Assembly: GCA_963666425.2 (NCBI GenBank)
Contig: OY762825.2
Span: 2,752,001 to 2,816,000, forward strand
Source of the DNA: Bacillota bacterium
GTDB taxonomy: Bacteria; Bacillota; JAAYKD01
Direction: 5' to 3'
DNA length: 64,000 bases
The notes beneath the pieces are model-generated. The model was not told the origin of the DNA, made no database searches, and worked only from the letters and a program-made list of their open reading frames with translations. Within the stretch, counting starts at the first letter, position 1, and each line of letters opens with the position of its first letter. The translations under genes and the position numbers were made by a program. Below are positions 1 to 9,621 of this stretch, piece by piece.

Positions 1-466
1 TGCCGGTTAAGTTGGCGGCGTGGGTCAGAACCAACATGGTAGTATTGGGTTGTATGGCCGCTTCCAGACGATCGGGATCCAGGCGGCCTTGTTGGTCGCA
101 TTGGACCGCTGTATAGCTGATCAGGTGATCACGCTGTAAATGTGCCAATGGTCGGATGACGGCATTGTGTTCCATCGAGCTGGTCAGCACATGGTCGCCT
201 TTTCTCAATAATCCTTTGATACATACATTCAAAGCTTCCGTAATTCCGGTCGTGAAGATAACCTGTTCGGAATTTTGAACCTGAAACAATTGGGCAATCA
301 AAGAACGTGCCCGCAGTAAAAGGCGGCTGGCTTCTAGGGCGCCGGCATAACCACCCCGACCGGGGCTATACATTTGGTTTTTTTGCCAATAGGCGCTCAT
401 GGCATCGATCACAGCCTGCGGTTTGCGATAGGAAGTCGCCGCATAATCAAGATAAACTTCTTTCAT
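1..466 (-). CDS. Cysteine desulfurase family aminotransferase class V (5' part; truncated by window edge)
   Basis: Not in the ORF track. Manual translation from the ATG at 466 gives MKEVYLDYAATSYRKP...SPGRGGY...VIFTTGITEALN...TSSMEHNAVIRPL...LTHAANLTG, typical of SufS/IscS-like PLP enzymes. Confidence 0.9.
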   Translation of the reverse strand, partial: MKEVYLDYAATSYRKPQAVIDAMSAYWQKNQMYSPGRGGYAGALEASRLLLRARSLIAQLFQVQNSEQVIFTTGITEALNVCIKGLLRKGDHVLTSSMEHNAVIRPLAHLQRDHLISYTAVQCDQQGRLDPDRLEAAIQPNTTMLVLTHAANLTG

Positions 467-484
467 GAGTGTAACCTCTGTTTA

Positions 485-1393
485 CTATACTATTTTCTCA
501 GGCATCGCTAAGGGGTTGTCTTGCACATAACGGATCAGTCTGGCGGCACAAGGGGAGATATACTGACTTTGATTGTGAATCAAATAAAAGCTGCGCTGTA
601 AATCGTCGTCCGTCAGATCGAAAGCAAGCAGATCCTCGTGCGGTTCATAACTCAGTTTGGAAACGACCGAGACACCTAAGCCGTTGCGTACACACTGCAG
701 CACCCCTTCGCCGCTGTTAATTTCCGCAATAGTGTGGATTTTGGAGAAGGGAATTTTTCGCTGCTTCAGCGCCTGGGCAAATAGATGTCGGGTGGCGGAA
801 CCGTCGGCGCGCAGGATGAAATTGAAATCAAGGGTTTCCGCCAGACTAAGCGGATTGGGCAGCGCCTGATAGGTCGCTGAATTTGGGGTGATCAGGATCA
901 TATCATCGGTATAGACCTTATGATAAACAATCGAATCCTGAGCAGAGCGCTCGCCGACAAAAGCCAGATCAAAGTCATTACTGACGAGACCCGCTAAAGC
1001 GTCCGCCGTATTTTCTACCGCAATTTCAAAACTAACCTTAGGGTAGATCCGATTAAATCCCTGCAGGAAACGGGGCAGCAGATAAATACCGGGGATAAAG
1101 CTGGCGATGATGCGGATACAACCGCTGTTTTCTTCCGCTGTGCCGGCGACATCTTCGATCGCCAGCTGGTGCAGATGGATCAGATCCAAAGCATAGCGGT
1201 AGAGTTTGCTGCCGCTTTCCGTGAGCAAGGCTTTTCTGCCCTGACGGATAAACAATTGCGTATTGAGTTCGCGCTCCAATTGGTCAATACTGGTACTCAC
1301 AGCCGGCTGTGATAAATACATTTTTTTGGCGGCATTGGAGAAGTTACCGCAGCGAACGACATTAACGAAGATTTCGGCTTGATGGATGTTCAT
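485..1393 (-). CDS. LysR-family transcriptional regulator (selenium metabolism-associated / CysL-like)
   Basis: N-terminal HTH with NFSNAAKKMYLSQPAVS and LERELNTQLFIR; substrate-binding domain with ILRADGSATR; lies between the desulfurase and DUF3343 genes. Confidence 0.9.
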   Translation of the reverse strand: MNIHQAEIFVNVVRCGNFSNAAKKMYLSQPAVSTSIDQLERELNTQLFIRQGRKALLTESGSKLYRYALDLIHLHQLAIEDVAGTAEENSGCIRIIASFIPGIYLLPRFLQGFNRIYPKVSFEIAVENTADALAGLVSNDFDLAFVGERSAQDSIVYHKVYTDDMILITPNSATYQALPNPLSLAETLDFNFILRADGSATRHLFAQALKQRKIPFSKIHTIAEINSGEGVLQCVRNGLGVSVVSKLSYEPHEDLLAFDLTDDDLQRSFYLIHNQSQYISPCAARLIRYVQDNPLAMPEKIV

Positions 1394-1541
1394 GGGAACC
1401 CCTTTCTGAGAGGTAAGTGGCGCAACAGTGAGAAATGATGGTTATGAGTGATTACCCTTTAGTATTTCAAATTATCTCAGTAAAGTCAAGCAGATTCTGC
1501 CTGACTGTTATCTCTCTTTTTTATTGATTCTGGAACAATGT

Positions 1542-1556
1542 ATCAATAATATTGAT
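1542..1556. promoter_or_regulatory. Putative LysR-type binding site
   Basis: Perfect dyad ATCAATA-A-TATTGAT fits the T-N11-A LysR box, in the divergent lysR/DUF3343 intergenic region. Confidence 0.55.
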
Positions 1557-1633
1557 AGGAAAAATCAACTCTGCCTACAGCAGGAAATACTCCGGCCAAT
1601 CGCTAATTAAAAAGAGAAAGGGGAGATCTCACC

Positions 1634-1888
1634 GTGCAGCAGCAACCGTTTTGTTGTTTAACATTTCATAATATCCATCTTGCCATGCGGTTTGAACAAG
1701 TAATGCAGGCGGCAGGAAGCGTGGTTAAGCTGATTCCGGTTCCCAGAAGCATCAGCGCATCCTGCGGTTTGGCGGGTAAGTTTGCACCGGAAATTCTGGA
1801 GCAGGTGCGCCAGCTTTGCCGTGAAAATTACATAGAATATGAAAGCGTTTATTTATTGGATGGGGAGACCGTGACGGAGCTGGTTTAA
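1634..1888 (+). CDS. DUF3343 domain protein
   Basis: LTFHNIHLAMRFE...LIPVPRSISASCGLA motif; GGGGAG RBS before the GTG start. Confidence 0.85.
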   Translation: MQQQPFCCLTFHNIHLAMRFEQVMQAAGSVVKLIPVPRSISASCGLAGKFAPEILEQVRQLCRENYIEYESVYLLDGETVTELV

Positions 1889-1982
1889 ATCCGCTGGAGG
1901 TGAACGGTTCTCTTATTGTCTATTATACCAGAGAAACCGGAAAAACAGTATGCAGCAAGCATAAAACAAGGAGGCGTTTATT

Positions 1983-2723
1983 TTGAAACTGACTGTGATT
2001 GGTATGTGGGGAGGTTTCCCCAAAGCCGGTGGTGCTTCCTCCGGTTATCTGCTGGAAAGCAAGGGCTCGAAATTGCTCCTGGATTGCGGCAGCGGCGTCC
2101 TGAGCAGACTGCTGGAACTCATGGATCTGACCGAACTGGATGGTGTGGTGATTTCACATTATCACGCAGACCATTGCTGTGACTTGACAGTGCTGGCTCA
2201 GGCTTACTATGTGATGGGTTTGCGCGGAGCGAAAATCAAACCCTTACCGGTTTTTGGTCATGCCAATGCAGCAGAATTTCAGAGCCTGACCTATCGCGGC
2301 GGCAGTGTGACGCAAGGCGTGGCCTATCAGCCGGGGGAAGCATTTCAAGTAGGCGCTTTCACGATCACGCCGGTGCGTACGGTGCATCCGCTGGAATGTT
2401 ACGGTTTCCGTATCAGTGCGGAAGGCAAGTCGATGTTTTTTACTGCCGATGGTGCTTACGGCCCGCATTTACTGGCCGCGGCGGCTGGGGTGGATCTGCT
2501 TTTGTGCGAGTCAAACTTCGCACATGCCGACTTGGCCTACGCCGAAAATTTGCATATGACCGCTGTTCAGGCCGGCAATTTGGCTGCCGAAGTTGGTGCA
2601 AAGCGTCTTCTGTTGACACACTTGCCGCCGCTGAATAACAATGATCAACTCCTGCTCGAGGCGAAAAGCCGTTATCATGGTCCAGCCGAGCTCGCTTACT
2701 GCGGGCAAACGCTGGAATTCTAA
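1983..2723 (+). CDS. MBL-fold metallo-hydrolase (YhfI / RNase Z-like)
   Basis: LLDCGSG, SHYHADH metal motif, TVHPLEC, TADG, LLTHL; AGGAGG RBS before the TTG start. Confidence 0.9.
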   Translation: MKLTVIGMWGGFPKAGGASSGYLLESKGSKLLLDCGSGVLSRLLELMDLTELDGVVISHYHADHCCDLTVLAQAYYVMGLRGAKIKPLPVFGHANAAEFQSLTYRGGSVTQGVAYQPGEAFQVGAFTITPVRTVHPLECYGFRISAEGKSMFFTADGAYGPHLLAAAAGVDLLLCESNFAHADLAYAENLHMTAVQAGNLAAEVGAKRLLLTHLPPLNNNDQLLLEAKSRYHGPAELAYCGQTLEF

Positions 2724-2766
2724 CCGGATCAGGTTTGCTGCCATCCCATCTGGGTTTTGCTTTAAC

Positions 2767-2838
2767 AAAAAAAGACCGTTGCCCTGTCTGCTAAGTCTCT
2801 GTTACCAGAGTCCTGCAGCACGGGAAGCGGTCTTTTTT
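2767..2838. terminator. Bidirectional terminator-like long stem-loop
   Basis: AAAAAAGACCG...CGGTCTTTTTT arms between the convergent MBL hydrolase and polA genes. Confidence 0.7.
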
Positions 2839-2843
2839 GATTT

Positions 2844-5438
2844 TTAGTGTAAATCGTACCAATTATCGCCGCTGCTGAGTTCAACCTTGATCGGAACGAT
2901 CAGCTGCATGGCATTTTCCATGGTTTCCCGCATGATCCGTTTCAGGGCTGCTTCTTCTTCCGGCGGTGTTTCACAGACGAGCTCATCATGTACCTGCAGT
3001 AAAATACGGCCTTGCAGCTTTTCTTTTTCGATCGCCTGCTGTAGGTGAAGCATTGCCACTTTGATCAGATCGGCAGCGCTGCCTTGAATCGGCGTATTGA
3101 GGGCTGCCCGTTCGCCAAAGCTGCGCAAATTGTAATTACGATCCTGCAGTTCCGGCAAATAGCGTCGGCGCTGGAAAAGCGTTGTCACATAGCCGTTCTG
3201 TTTGGCCTCGGCAATCAATTGGTCCTGGTAGTGGTGGATAGCCGGAAATTCTTCAAAAAAGCGATCGATGTAGACTTTTGCTTCGGCTCTCCTGATGTGC
3301 AGCTGCGTAGCCAGACCATAATCGGAGATGCCGTAGACAATTCCGAAATTCACGGCTTTGGCTCGATTGCGCTGCAGGGAGCTGACCTGTTCAAAGGGGG
3401 TATTGAATACTTCGGTGGCAGTGCGGCGATGGATATCCTGATCCTGCCGATAGGCATCAATGAAGGCTTCATCCTGAGAAAGGTGAGCCAGGATGCGCAA
3501 TTCAATTTGCGAATAGTCGGCGGAGACGAGGCGCCAGCCTTTTTGAGTAGGGAAAAAGGCCTTGCGGATGATGCGCCCTTCCTCGGAACGGGTGGGGATA
3601 TTTTGCAGATTGGGATCGCTGCTGGACAAACGGCCGGTTGCGGTCACCGCTTGGTTGTAGGTGGTATGCAGGCATTGATCGGCAGCGGAAACCAGTGGCA
3701 TCATACCTTGCAGATAGGTTCCCTGCAGTTTGCTGAGCGTGCGGTAGGTAAGGAGCAAAGCGATGATCTCATGCTGATCAACCAATAGTTCCAGCGCTTC
3801 CGCGTCAGTGGAAAAACCGGATTTTGTTTTTTTACCGCCCGCTAGGCCCAGTTTTTCAAAAAGAATCTGACCCAGTTGTTTGGGCGAATTGAGGTTAAAC
3901 TGCTGTCCTGCCAGTTGCCAGATCTGCTCCTGCAGATGATCCATTTGGCTTTGGTAGTCGCGGTTCAATTCCTGCAGAACCTCAATGTGCACGCCGATCC
4001 CTCTGGTTTCCATATGGTAAAGCAAATCGGCCAGCGGCAGCTCAATATCGCGGTAAAGTGCGGTGAGGCTGCGTTCCTTTAAAACCTGCTCCAGCCAGGG
4101 CAGCAAACGCTGCAGCTGTTGCAGCTCTGTCGTCAGCGGGGAATCGCTCTGCGCGCAAGGATGATCCGGAAAAGCGGCAGCAGCGACGCTATCCAGGCTT
4201 AGTTTTTGACCCGGATTGATCAGATAAGCCTGCAGCATGGCATCCTCAGCCAGAGGGAAGCTGCGCTGCAGCAGATGAGAAAGTTGCTTTTTATCCCAGA
4301 CGGTGAAGCGCTGTTCTGTCAATAAATCGCTGATTCTCGTCAGAGCCGCATCCTCGTCGGCTTGATAGAGATAGCTCTCTCCCTGCTCCGTCAGGAAAGC
4401 GAGACTCAAATAGGATCCTGCCAATAACCCCGGTTCTTCTTTGGCCGAGAGAGCGATGAGTTTCTGCTTTTGCAGCAGGGAGATGATCGTTTGACTGTCG
4501 GCCGGCTTAGATTTGAGCAGCGGCAGCGGATTTTCCGTCGGTTCAAGTAAGCTGATCTGCATTTCCGCTGGCGGCAATTTTGCCAGCAGAGAACGCAAGT
4601 CATATATTGTAAAGAAAGTGCGCAAGGCCGCCAGATTGGCGGGTTGGCGTTTCCATGCTTCCAGTGGTTGCTCCAGCTCGACGGCACAGTCGATTTTAGC
4701 CAAACGATAGCTCAGGAGTGCCTGATCACGATAGAGCAGCAGGTTTTCCCGGACTTTTTTTTCTTTCATTTCGGCCGCATGTTCGAGCACCGCTGCCAGA
4801 CTGCCATAGGTTTGGATTAAGCGCAGTGCTGTTTTTTCGCCAATGGCAGGTACGCCGGGGATATTATCGGAGGCGTCTCCCATCAGTGCCTTGACATCAA
4901 TCAATTGCTGGGGCTTGAGGCCATATTGCTGTTCGACACGCGTGGCATCCACGATCTCTAAATCACTGACGCCGCGTTTTTGCGTATATAAGACCGAGGT
5001 ATCCGCCGTGATCAGCTGATAAGCATCCCGATCACCGGTAACCAGCAATGTCTTGATCCCGGCTGCGTTGAAACGGCAGGAAAGGCAGCCCAGTAAATCG
5101 TCCGCTTCAAAACCGGCTTTCTCCAGCCAGGCAATTTGCCAGGCATCCAAAAGGTCATGCAGCAGAGACAGCTGACCGATCAGCTCTGGTGGCGATTTTT
5201 GGCGGGTGCCTTTGTATTCGGCATACTCCAGATGGCGAAAGGTAGGCTCATGGCGGTCAAAGGCAACCAGCAGATAATCCGGTTGATACTCCTGTTCGAT
5301 TTTTTGCAGCATCATAGCAAAGCCATGCACGGCATTGGTGTAGATACCCTGATTGTTGCTCAAGAGCGGCAAAGCATAAAAGGCACGATTGGCCATGCTG
5401 TTGCCGTCAATGATCATCGCGGTAAGGCTTGACATCAT
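2844..5438 (-). CDS. polA: DNA polymerase I
   Basis: 5'-3' exonuclease start IIDGNSMANRAFYALP; TGRLSSSDPNLQNIP; motif A ADYSQIELR; motif B RAKAVNFGIVYG; motif C LQVHDE. Start moved to the ATG at 5438 after the GGGAGAG RBS. Confidence 0.98.
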   Translation of the reverse strand: MMSSLTAMIIDGNSMANRAFYALPLLSNNQGIYTNAVHGFAMMLQKIEQEYQPDYLLVAFDRHEPTFRHLEYAEYKGTRQKSPPELIGQLSLLHDLLDAWQIAWLEKAGFEADDLLGCLSCRFNAAGIKTLLVTGDRDAYQLITADTSVLYTQKRGVSDLEIVDATRVEQQYGLKPQQLIDVKALMGDASDNIPGVPAIGEKTALRLIQTYGSLAAVLEHAAEMKEKKVRENLLLYRDQALLSYRLAKIDCAVELEQPLEAWKRQPANLAALRTFFTIYDLRSLLAKLPPAEMQISLLEPTENPLPLLKSKPADSQTIISLLQKQKLIALSAKEEPGLLAGSYLSLAFLTEQGESYLYQADEDAALTRISDLLTEQRFTVWDKKQLSHLLQRSFPLAEDAMLQAYLINPGQKLSLDSVAAAAFPDHPCAQSDSPLTTELQQLQRLLPWLEQVLKERSLTALYRDIELPLADLLYHMETRGIGVHIEVLQELNRDYQSQMDHLQEQIWQLAGQQFNLNSPKQLGQILFEKLGLAGGKKTKSGFSTDAEALELLVDQHEIIALLLTYRTLSKLQGTYLQGMMPLVSAADQCLHTTYNQAVTATGRLSSSDPNLQNIPTRSEEGRIIRKAFFPTQKGWRLVSADYSQIELRILAHLSQDEAFIDAYRQDQDIHRRTATEVFNTPFEQVSSLQRNRAKAVNFGIVYGISDYGLATQLHIRRAEAKVYIDRFFEEFPAIHHYQDQLIAEAKQNGYVTTLFQRRRYLPELQDRNYNLRSFGERAALNTPIQGSAADLIKVAMLHLQQAIEKEKLQGRILLQVHDELVCETPPEEEAALKRIMRETMENAMQLIVPIKVELSSGDNWYDLH

Positions 5439-5495
5439 CCACTCTCCCTTTTTTTTCTTATACTGCCTGCGGCAGACCATCTTTGCACTCAAAGC

Positions 5496-6641
5496 TCATT
5501 CGGTGATTCCGGCTGTCGGTGGGCGGAACGCCTCATCCACAACCGATTCATATAAAGTCTGTAAATAAGCGAGGGAAAAACGGCTGTCATAGCCTAAGAT
5601 GCCATGCTGCGCCGCCAAGGCTTTTGTGTAGTCCTGCAGCAAATAGACTTTGGTTGCCCAAAATCGCGTTTCAAAATGGGTAACCAGCGGAATCAGCAGC
5701 GGCGACTGTACCGAAGTTCCGTTTTCATCCTTGACGAAGGTAACCTGAGCCATGCCGCCCAGCATGTTCTCCGCCTCAATTTGATTGGAAATTAAATTGC
5801 CCAAAGAATAGAAGACAGGCATGCTTTTACCGTCGGCCCGGGTCAGCAGGCTGACCGGCTGGATGACATGCGGATGGTGGCCGAGCACCAGATCCACGTT
5901 ATGATCGGCCAGTTTTTGCGCCAAGGCTCGCTGAGCATCGCTGCCGGCCAGATCGCCTTCATTGCCCCAGTGCAGCGAGACGATGACAAAGTCTGCCATG
6001 GTTTTTGCCTGTTCCACTTCGGCAAACATCGTTGCTTCATCGTCCAGCATCGCAATTTGATAACCTTGCCAGTCTGACACGGATAAGCCGTTCAGACCGT
6101 AATCGTATCCTAAAAAGGCAAAACTAAGACCCTTGCGCTGGATGATTTGGATATTGCTCTCCGTAGCCTGCCGGTAAACCCCAACCGTCTTGACGCCCAG
6201 ACTATGCCAAAGATCCAAAGTTTCAATCAAAGCATTCAGACCGGAATCAAGAGAATGGTTGCTGGCCTGATTGACCACATCAACGCCGATTGCCGCCATC
6301 TGCTGCGCCAGTTCTCTCGGTGAATTGAAGAGGGGATAAGAAGAGATGACGTATTTTTCACCGGCCGTGGTGATCTCCTGATTCAGAAAGGTGAGATCAG
6401 GCGCTGCCAGGGCTGCAGCCACCGGAGCATAACAACTGCTGAAATCATAATGGTCTTTCCCCATGGCGTAGGCATATTCATAGATTGGATAATGGATTAA
6501 ATTATCGCCGACCGCACGCAGGGTAACTGAAATCGGCTCAGGTTCAATCACGACCGGGTCACTCGCTTCGGGCTTTGTCAGAGCATCACAGGCGGTCAGG
6601 CTCAGGCACAGCAGCAAGAGAAATAGCAGGATTTTCTTCAT
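5496..6641 (-). CDS. CapA-family (poly-gamma-glutamate synthesis-like) metallophosphatase lipoprotein
   Basis: AVGDNLIH, NQE, ASNHSLD, SLHWGNE, GHHPHVIQP, YSLGN motifs; lipoprotein signal MKKILLFLLLLCLSLTAC from the ATG at 6641. Confidence 0.88.
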   Translation of the reverse strand: MKKILLFLLLLCLSLTACDALTKPEASDPVVIEPEPISVTLRAVGDNLIHYPIYEYAYAMGKDHYDFSSCYAPVAAALAAPDLTFLNQEITTAGEKYVISSYPLFNSPRELAQQMAAIGVDVVNQASNHSLDSGLNALIETLDLWHSLGVKTVGVYRQATESNIQIIQRKGLSFAFLGYDYGLNGLSVSDWQGYQIAMLDDEATMFAEVEQAKTMADFVIVSLHWGNEGDLAGSDAQRALAQKLADHNVDLVLGHHPHVIQPVSLLTRADGKSMPVFYSLGNLISNQIEAENMLGGMAQVTFVKDENGTSVQSPLLIPLVTHFETRFWATKVYLLQDYTKALAAQHGILGYDSRFSLAYLQTLYESVVDEAFRPPTAGITE

Positions 6642-6951
6642 TGACAAAACCTCAATTCTTTCCGCAGCCGGCAGTATATTTCCGTGAGGCTGACAGCGAG
6701 GCGGAGGATTGCCGGTTTCTTTCATTCTTTCATAGTACGTATCTTACCAGAGAACAGGAGAAAATACCAGCAGATTCTCACTGTCAGGCGGGAATATCTC
6801 AAACCGCCGCAGCAAGAAACACAGCAAAACAACAACCAAGCAGACAAAAATGCGCTCTTCGGTGAAAGTTTTCTTCGCATTGCCCTTGCCAAAGTGTGCA
6901 TTAGGCATTAAAATAGGAGAACAAGAGGCAAGAGAAAGAAGTGAAAGCAAA

Positions 6952-8244
6952 ATGCATACAGATTGGATCAGAGATTTAAACAAAAAGCAGGGCGAGGAAG
7001 TCTGCATCAATGGCTGGCTGCACCGCGTGCGTAAATTAGGGAAATTGGCATTCCTGCTGATTCAGGATAAAACCGGTGTGATCCAGGGTGTGGTCACGGG
7101 AAAACCAGACTGGCTGGCTGAGCTCGGCAACGAACAGGCTGTCATCGTCACCGGTACAGTTTCTGCTTCCGATAAGCAGCCGCTCGGAGTCGAATTACAG
7201 ATCAGCCACGTTGAAGTAGTGGGTAAGGTGCTGGATGAGCTGCCCTTTGAATTGAATCAGGAAGAAATCAGCGCCGGCTTGGAGCATGTCTTGGATCATC
7301 GCGTCTTAAGTCTGCGTCATACCAAGACAGCGGCGATTTTTAAAGTTCAGGACAGCGTGGTCAAGGCATTCCGTGATTTTCTGCATCAGGAGAATTTTAC
7401 GGAGATTCACACACCAAAAATCGTGGCGACCGGCACCGAAGGCGGCAGCGAACTCTTTGAGATCAAATATTTCGAACAAAAAGCCTACTTAGCGCAATCG
7501 CCTCAATTCTATAAACAAATGGCAATGGGCGCCGGTTTGCAGCGGGTTTTTGAAGTAGCTCCGGTTTTCCGGGCAGAATCGAGCAATACTTCCCGCCATT
7601 TAAGCGAATTTATCAGTCTCGATCTGGAGATGGGCTTTATTTCCGGTTTACAGGATGTACTGCAATTGGAAGAACGTATGATGGAATACCTGTTTGCCTA
7701 TTTAGCGGAGTACAATGCGGCAGAATTGGCGATGTTCAAAGTAACCTTACCAAAAGTCGGTCAGATTCCCCGCTTGCGGGTGAAAGAGATCGCGGCGATT
7801 CTGGAAAAGGAATACGGCAAATCATTGGCCACGCTTGACCTGGATAATGAAGCGGAACGCCTGATCGGCGAATATATTCTGAAAGAGACCGGTTCGGAAT
7901 TCCTTTTCGCCACTCATTATGGCCGGGACAGCCGCGCCATGTATACCCAACCTTCTTTGGATGATGCGGATGTGACCGAGAGCTTTGATATGCTGTTCCG
8001 TGGCATGGAAATGAATTCCGGCGCCCAGCGTATCCATGATTATGAGACGCTGGTCAACAGCATCCGCCTGAAGGGACTCAATCCGCAGGATTTCCAAACT
8101 TATTTAGAAATCTTCCGCAACGGTATGCCGCCGCACGGCGGCTATGCCATTGGGGCGGAGCGTTTGGTCATGAAAATTTTAGGCTTACAGAATATCCGCG
8201 AAGCGGTGCTCTTCCCGCGGGACCGCAACCGCCTGACACCTTAA
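6952..8244 (+). CDS. aspS: Aspartate--tRNA(Asp/Asn) ligase, short archaeal-type, likely non-discriminating
   Basis: OB-fold GWLHRVRKLG; YLAQSPQFYKQ; motif 2 FRAE; motif 3 GMPPHGGYAIGAER; about 430 aa with no bacterial GAD insertion. Confidence 0.93.
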   Translation: MHTDWIRDLNKKQGEEVCINGWLHRVRKLGKLAFLLIQDKTGVIQGVVTGKPDWLAELGNEQAVIVTGTVSASDKQPLGVELQISHVEVVGKVLDELPFELNQEEISAGLEHVLDHRVLSLRHTKTAAIFKVQDSVVKAFRDFLHQENFTEIHTPKIVATGTEGGSELFEIKYFEQKAYLAQSPQFYKQMAMGAGLQRVFEVAPVFRAESSNTSRHLSEFISLDLEMGFISGLQDVLQLEERMMEYLFAYLAEYNAAELAMFKVTLPKVGQIPRLRVKEIAAILEKEYGKSLATLDLDNEAERLIGEYILKETGSEFLFATHYGRDSRAMYTQPSLDDADVTESFDMLFRGMEMNSGAQRIHDYETLVNSIRLKGLNPQDFQTYLEIFRNGMPPHGGYAIGAERLVMKILGLQNIREAVLFPRDRNRLTP

Positions 8245-8272
8245 AAAGCAATCTCAATTCCAATTTTTTAAA

Positions 8273-8308
8273 GCCGCTCTCGCTTGATCAGCAGAGCGGC
8301 GTTTTTTT
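8273..8308 (+). terminator. Rho-independent terminator
   Basis: GCCGCTCT...AGAGCGGC stem followed by a T7 run after aspS. Confidence 0.8.
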
Positions 8309-8416
8309 AAAGCAGATTCAATTAATTTTCATAGGCTGCCCGGAACAAAGGAAATAACCTTTCGCATATGGAAATATAACAAGGTGATTCAGTGAATTTT
8401 TAAGGAGGTCAAACTT

Positions 8417-9565
8417 ATGCAAAAGAGAACATTTGGCAAGCTTGATTTTCAGCCCTCCCTTTTGGGATTTGGCTGCATGCGTCTGCCCGTGACCGGTCCC
8501 GATAAGGTGATTGATGAAGCAGAAGCGATTCAGATGATCCGCTTCGCCATCGATCAGGGTGTGAATTATGTGGATACGGCTTATAATTATCACAACAGTC
8601 AATCGGAAATTGTCTTGGGGAAAGCCTTGCAGGATGGTTATCGCGCCAAGGTAAAGCTCGCTACCAAGAATCCGTCTTTCAAACTGACGCAAACCCACGA
8701 GTGGCTGGAGTTCTTGGATGAACAGCTGGCCAAACTGCAAACAGATCATATCGATTTTTACTTACAGCATGGCTTGAATGCAGAACGCTTTGAAACTTTC
8801 AAGAAAGTCAATGCTTTCGAAGAAGCCAAAAAAGCCAAGGCAATGGGAAAAATCAAATACTTCGGCTTCAGTTTCCATGATAAACTCGAAATTTTTAAGG
8901 AAATTGTTGATGCCTATCCTTGGGATTTTTGCCAAATCCAACTGAATTATCTGGATACCGATTTCCAGGCCGGCATCGAAGGCCTGCGTTATGCCGCTGC
9001 CAAAGGGCTGGGCGTTGTGGTGATGGAACCGCTGCGCGGCGGCAGACTGGCTGCGAATTTGCCGGCCGACATTCAGGCAATGTTTGACGCCTATCCGATC
9101 AAAAAATCTCCGGCGGAATGGGCGCTCAACTGGGTTGCCAATCAGCCGGATGTTTCTCTGCTGCTTTCCGGTATGAGCACCATGGAACAAGTCAAAGACA
9201 ATCTCCGCATCTGCAGCACGGATGCCAGCAGAGTGAATGGTCTGCAGCCGGCAGAACTGCAATTCCTGCAGGAAATTGCCGCCGCCTGGAAGGCGAAAGT
9301 GCGGGTTGGCTGCACCGGTTGCCGTTATTGTATGCCTTGTCCGCAGGGAGTCAATATTCCGAGGCTCTTCTCGCTTTATAATAATGCCGCCATGTTCGAT
9401 AGCTGGGATGCGGCGATCGCGCTCTATCAGGATGCGATCGAACAGGGTATGGACGTTTCACACTGTGTACAGTGCGGCGCCTGTGTCAGCGCTTGTCCGC
9501 AGCAGGTCCCGGTGATTGAAAAATTACAAGAGCTGCATCGGATTTTCAGCAAGCCAAAACAGTAA
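8417..9565 (+). CDS. Aldo/keto reductase with C-terminal 4Fe-4S dicluster domain
   Basis: LGFGCMRLP, DTAYNY, ATK, VMEPLRGG; CTGCRYCMPCP and CVQCGACVSACP. Confidence 0.93.
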   Translation: MQKRTFGKLDFQPSLLGFGCMRLPVTGPDKVIDEAEAIQMIRFAIDQGVNYVDTAYNYHNSQSEIVLGKALQDGYRAKVKLATKNPSFKLTQTHEWLEFLDEQLAKLQTDHIDFYLQHGLNAERFETFKKVNAFEEAKKAKAMGKIKYFGFSFHDKLEIFKEIVDAYPWDFCQIQLNYLDTDFQAGIEGLRYAAAKGLGVVVMEPLRGGRLAANLPADIQAMFDAYPIKKSPAEWALNWVANQPDVSLLLSGMSTMEQVKDNLRICSTDASRVNGLQPAELQFLQEIAAAWKAKVRVGCTGCRYCMPCPQGVNIPRLFSLYNNAAMFDSWDAAIALYQDAIEQGMDVSHCVQCGACVSACPQQVPVIEKLQELHRIFSKPKQ

Positions 9566-9621
9566 TTCATTCACTCCAGATACGGCTGAGAAAATTGAAA
9601 ACATAAGGGGAGGGGATTACA

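Noticed and set aside
1634-1888. Selenocysteine (UGA) recoding in the selenium-associated genes
   Set aside because: DUF3343 has an ordinary Cys in ASCG and ends in TAA. I found no in-frame TGA with convincing downstream homology or a SECIS-like hairpin in the visible genes.
3045-3788. 247-aa ORF antisense to polA, and similar long antisense ORFs (28549-29301, 48354-49151, 55333-56016)
   Set aside because: They lie opposite well-conserved genes, lack RBS and motifs, and are expected shadows of codon bias.
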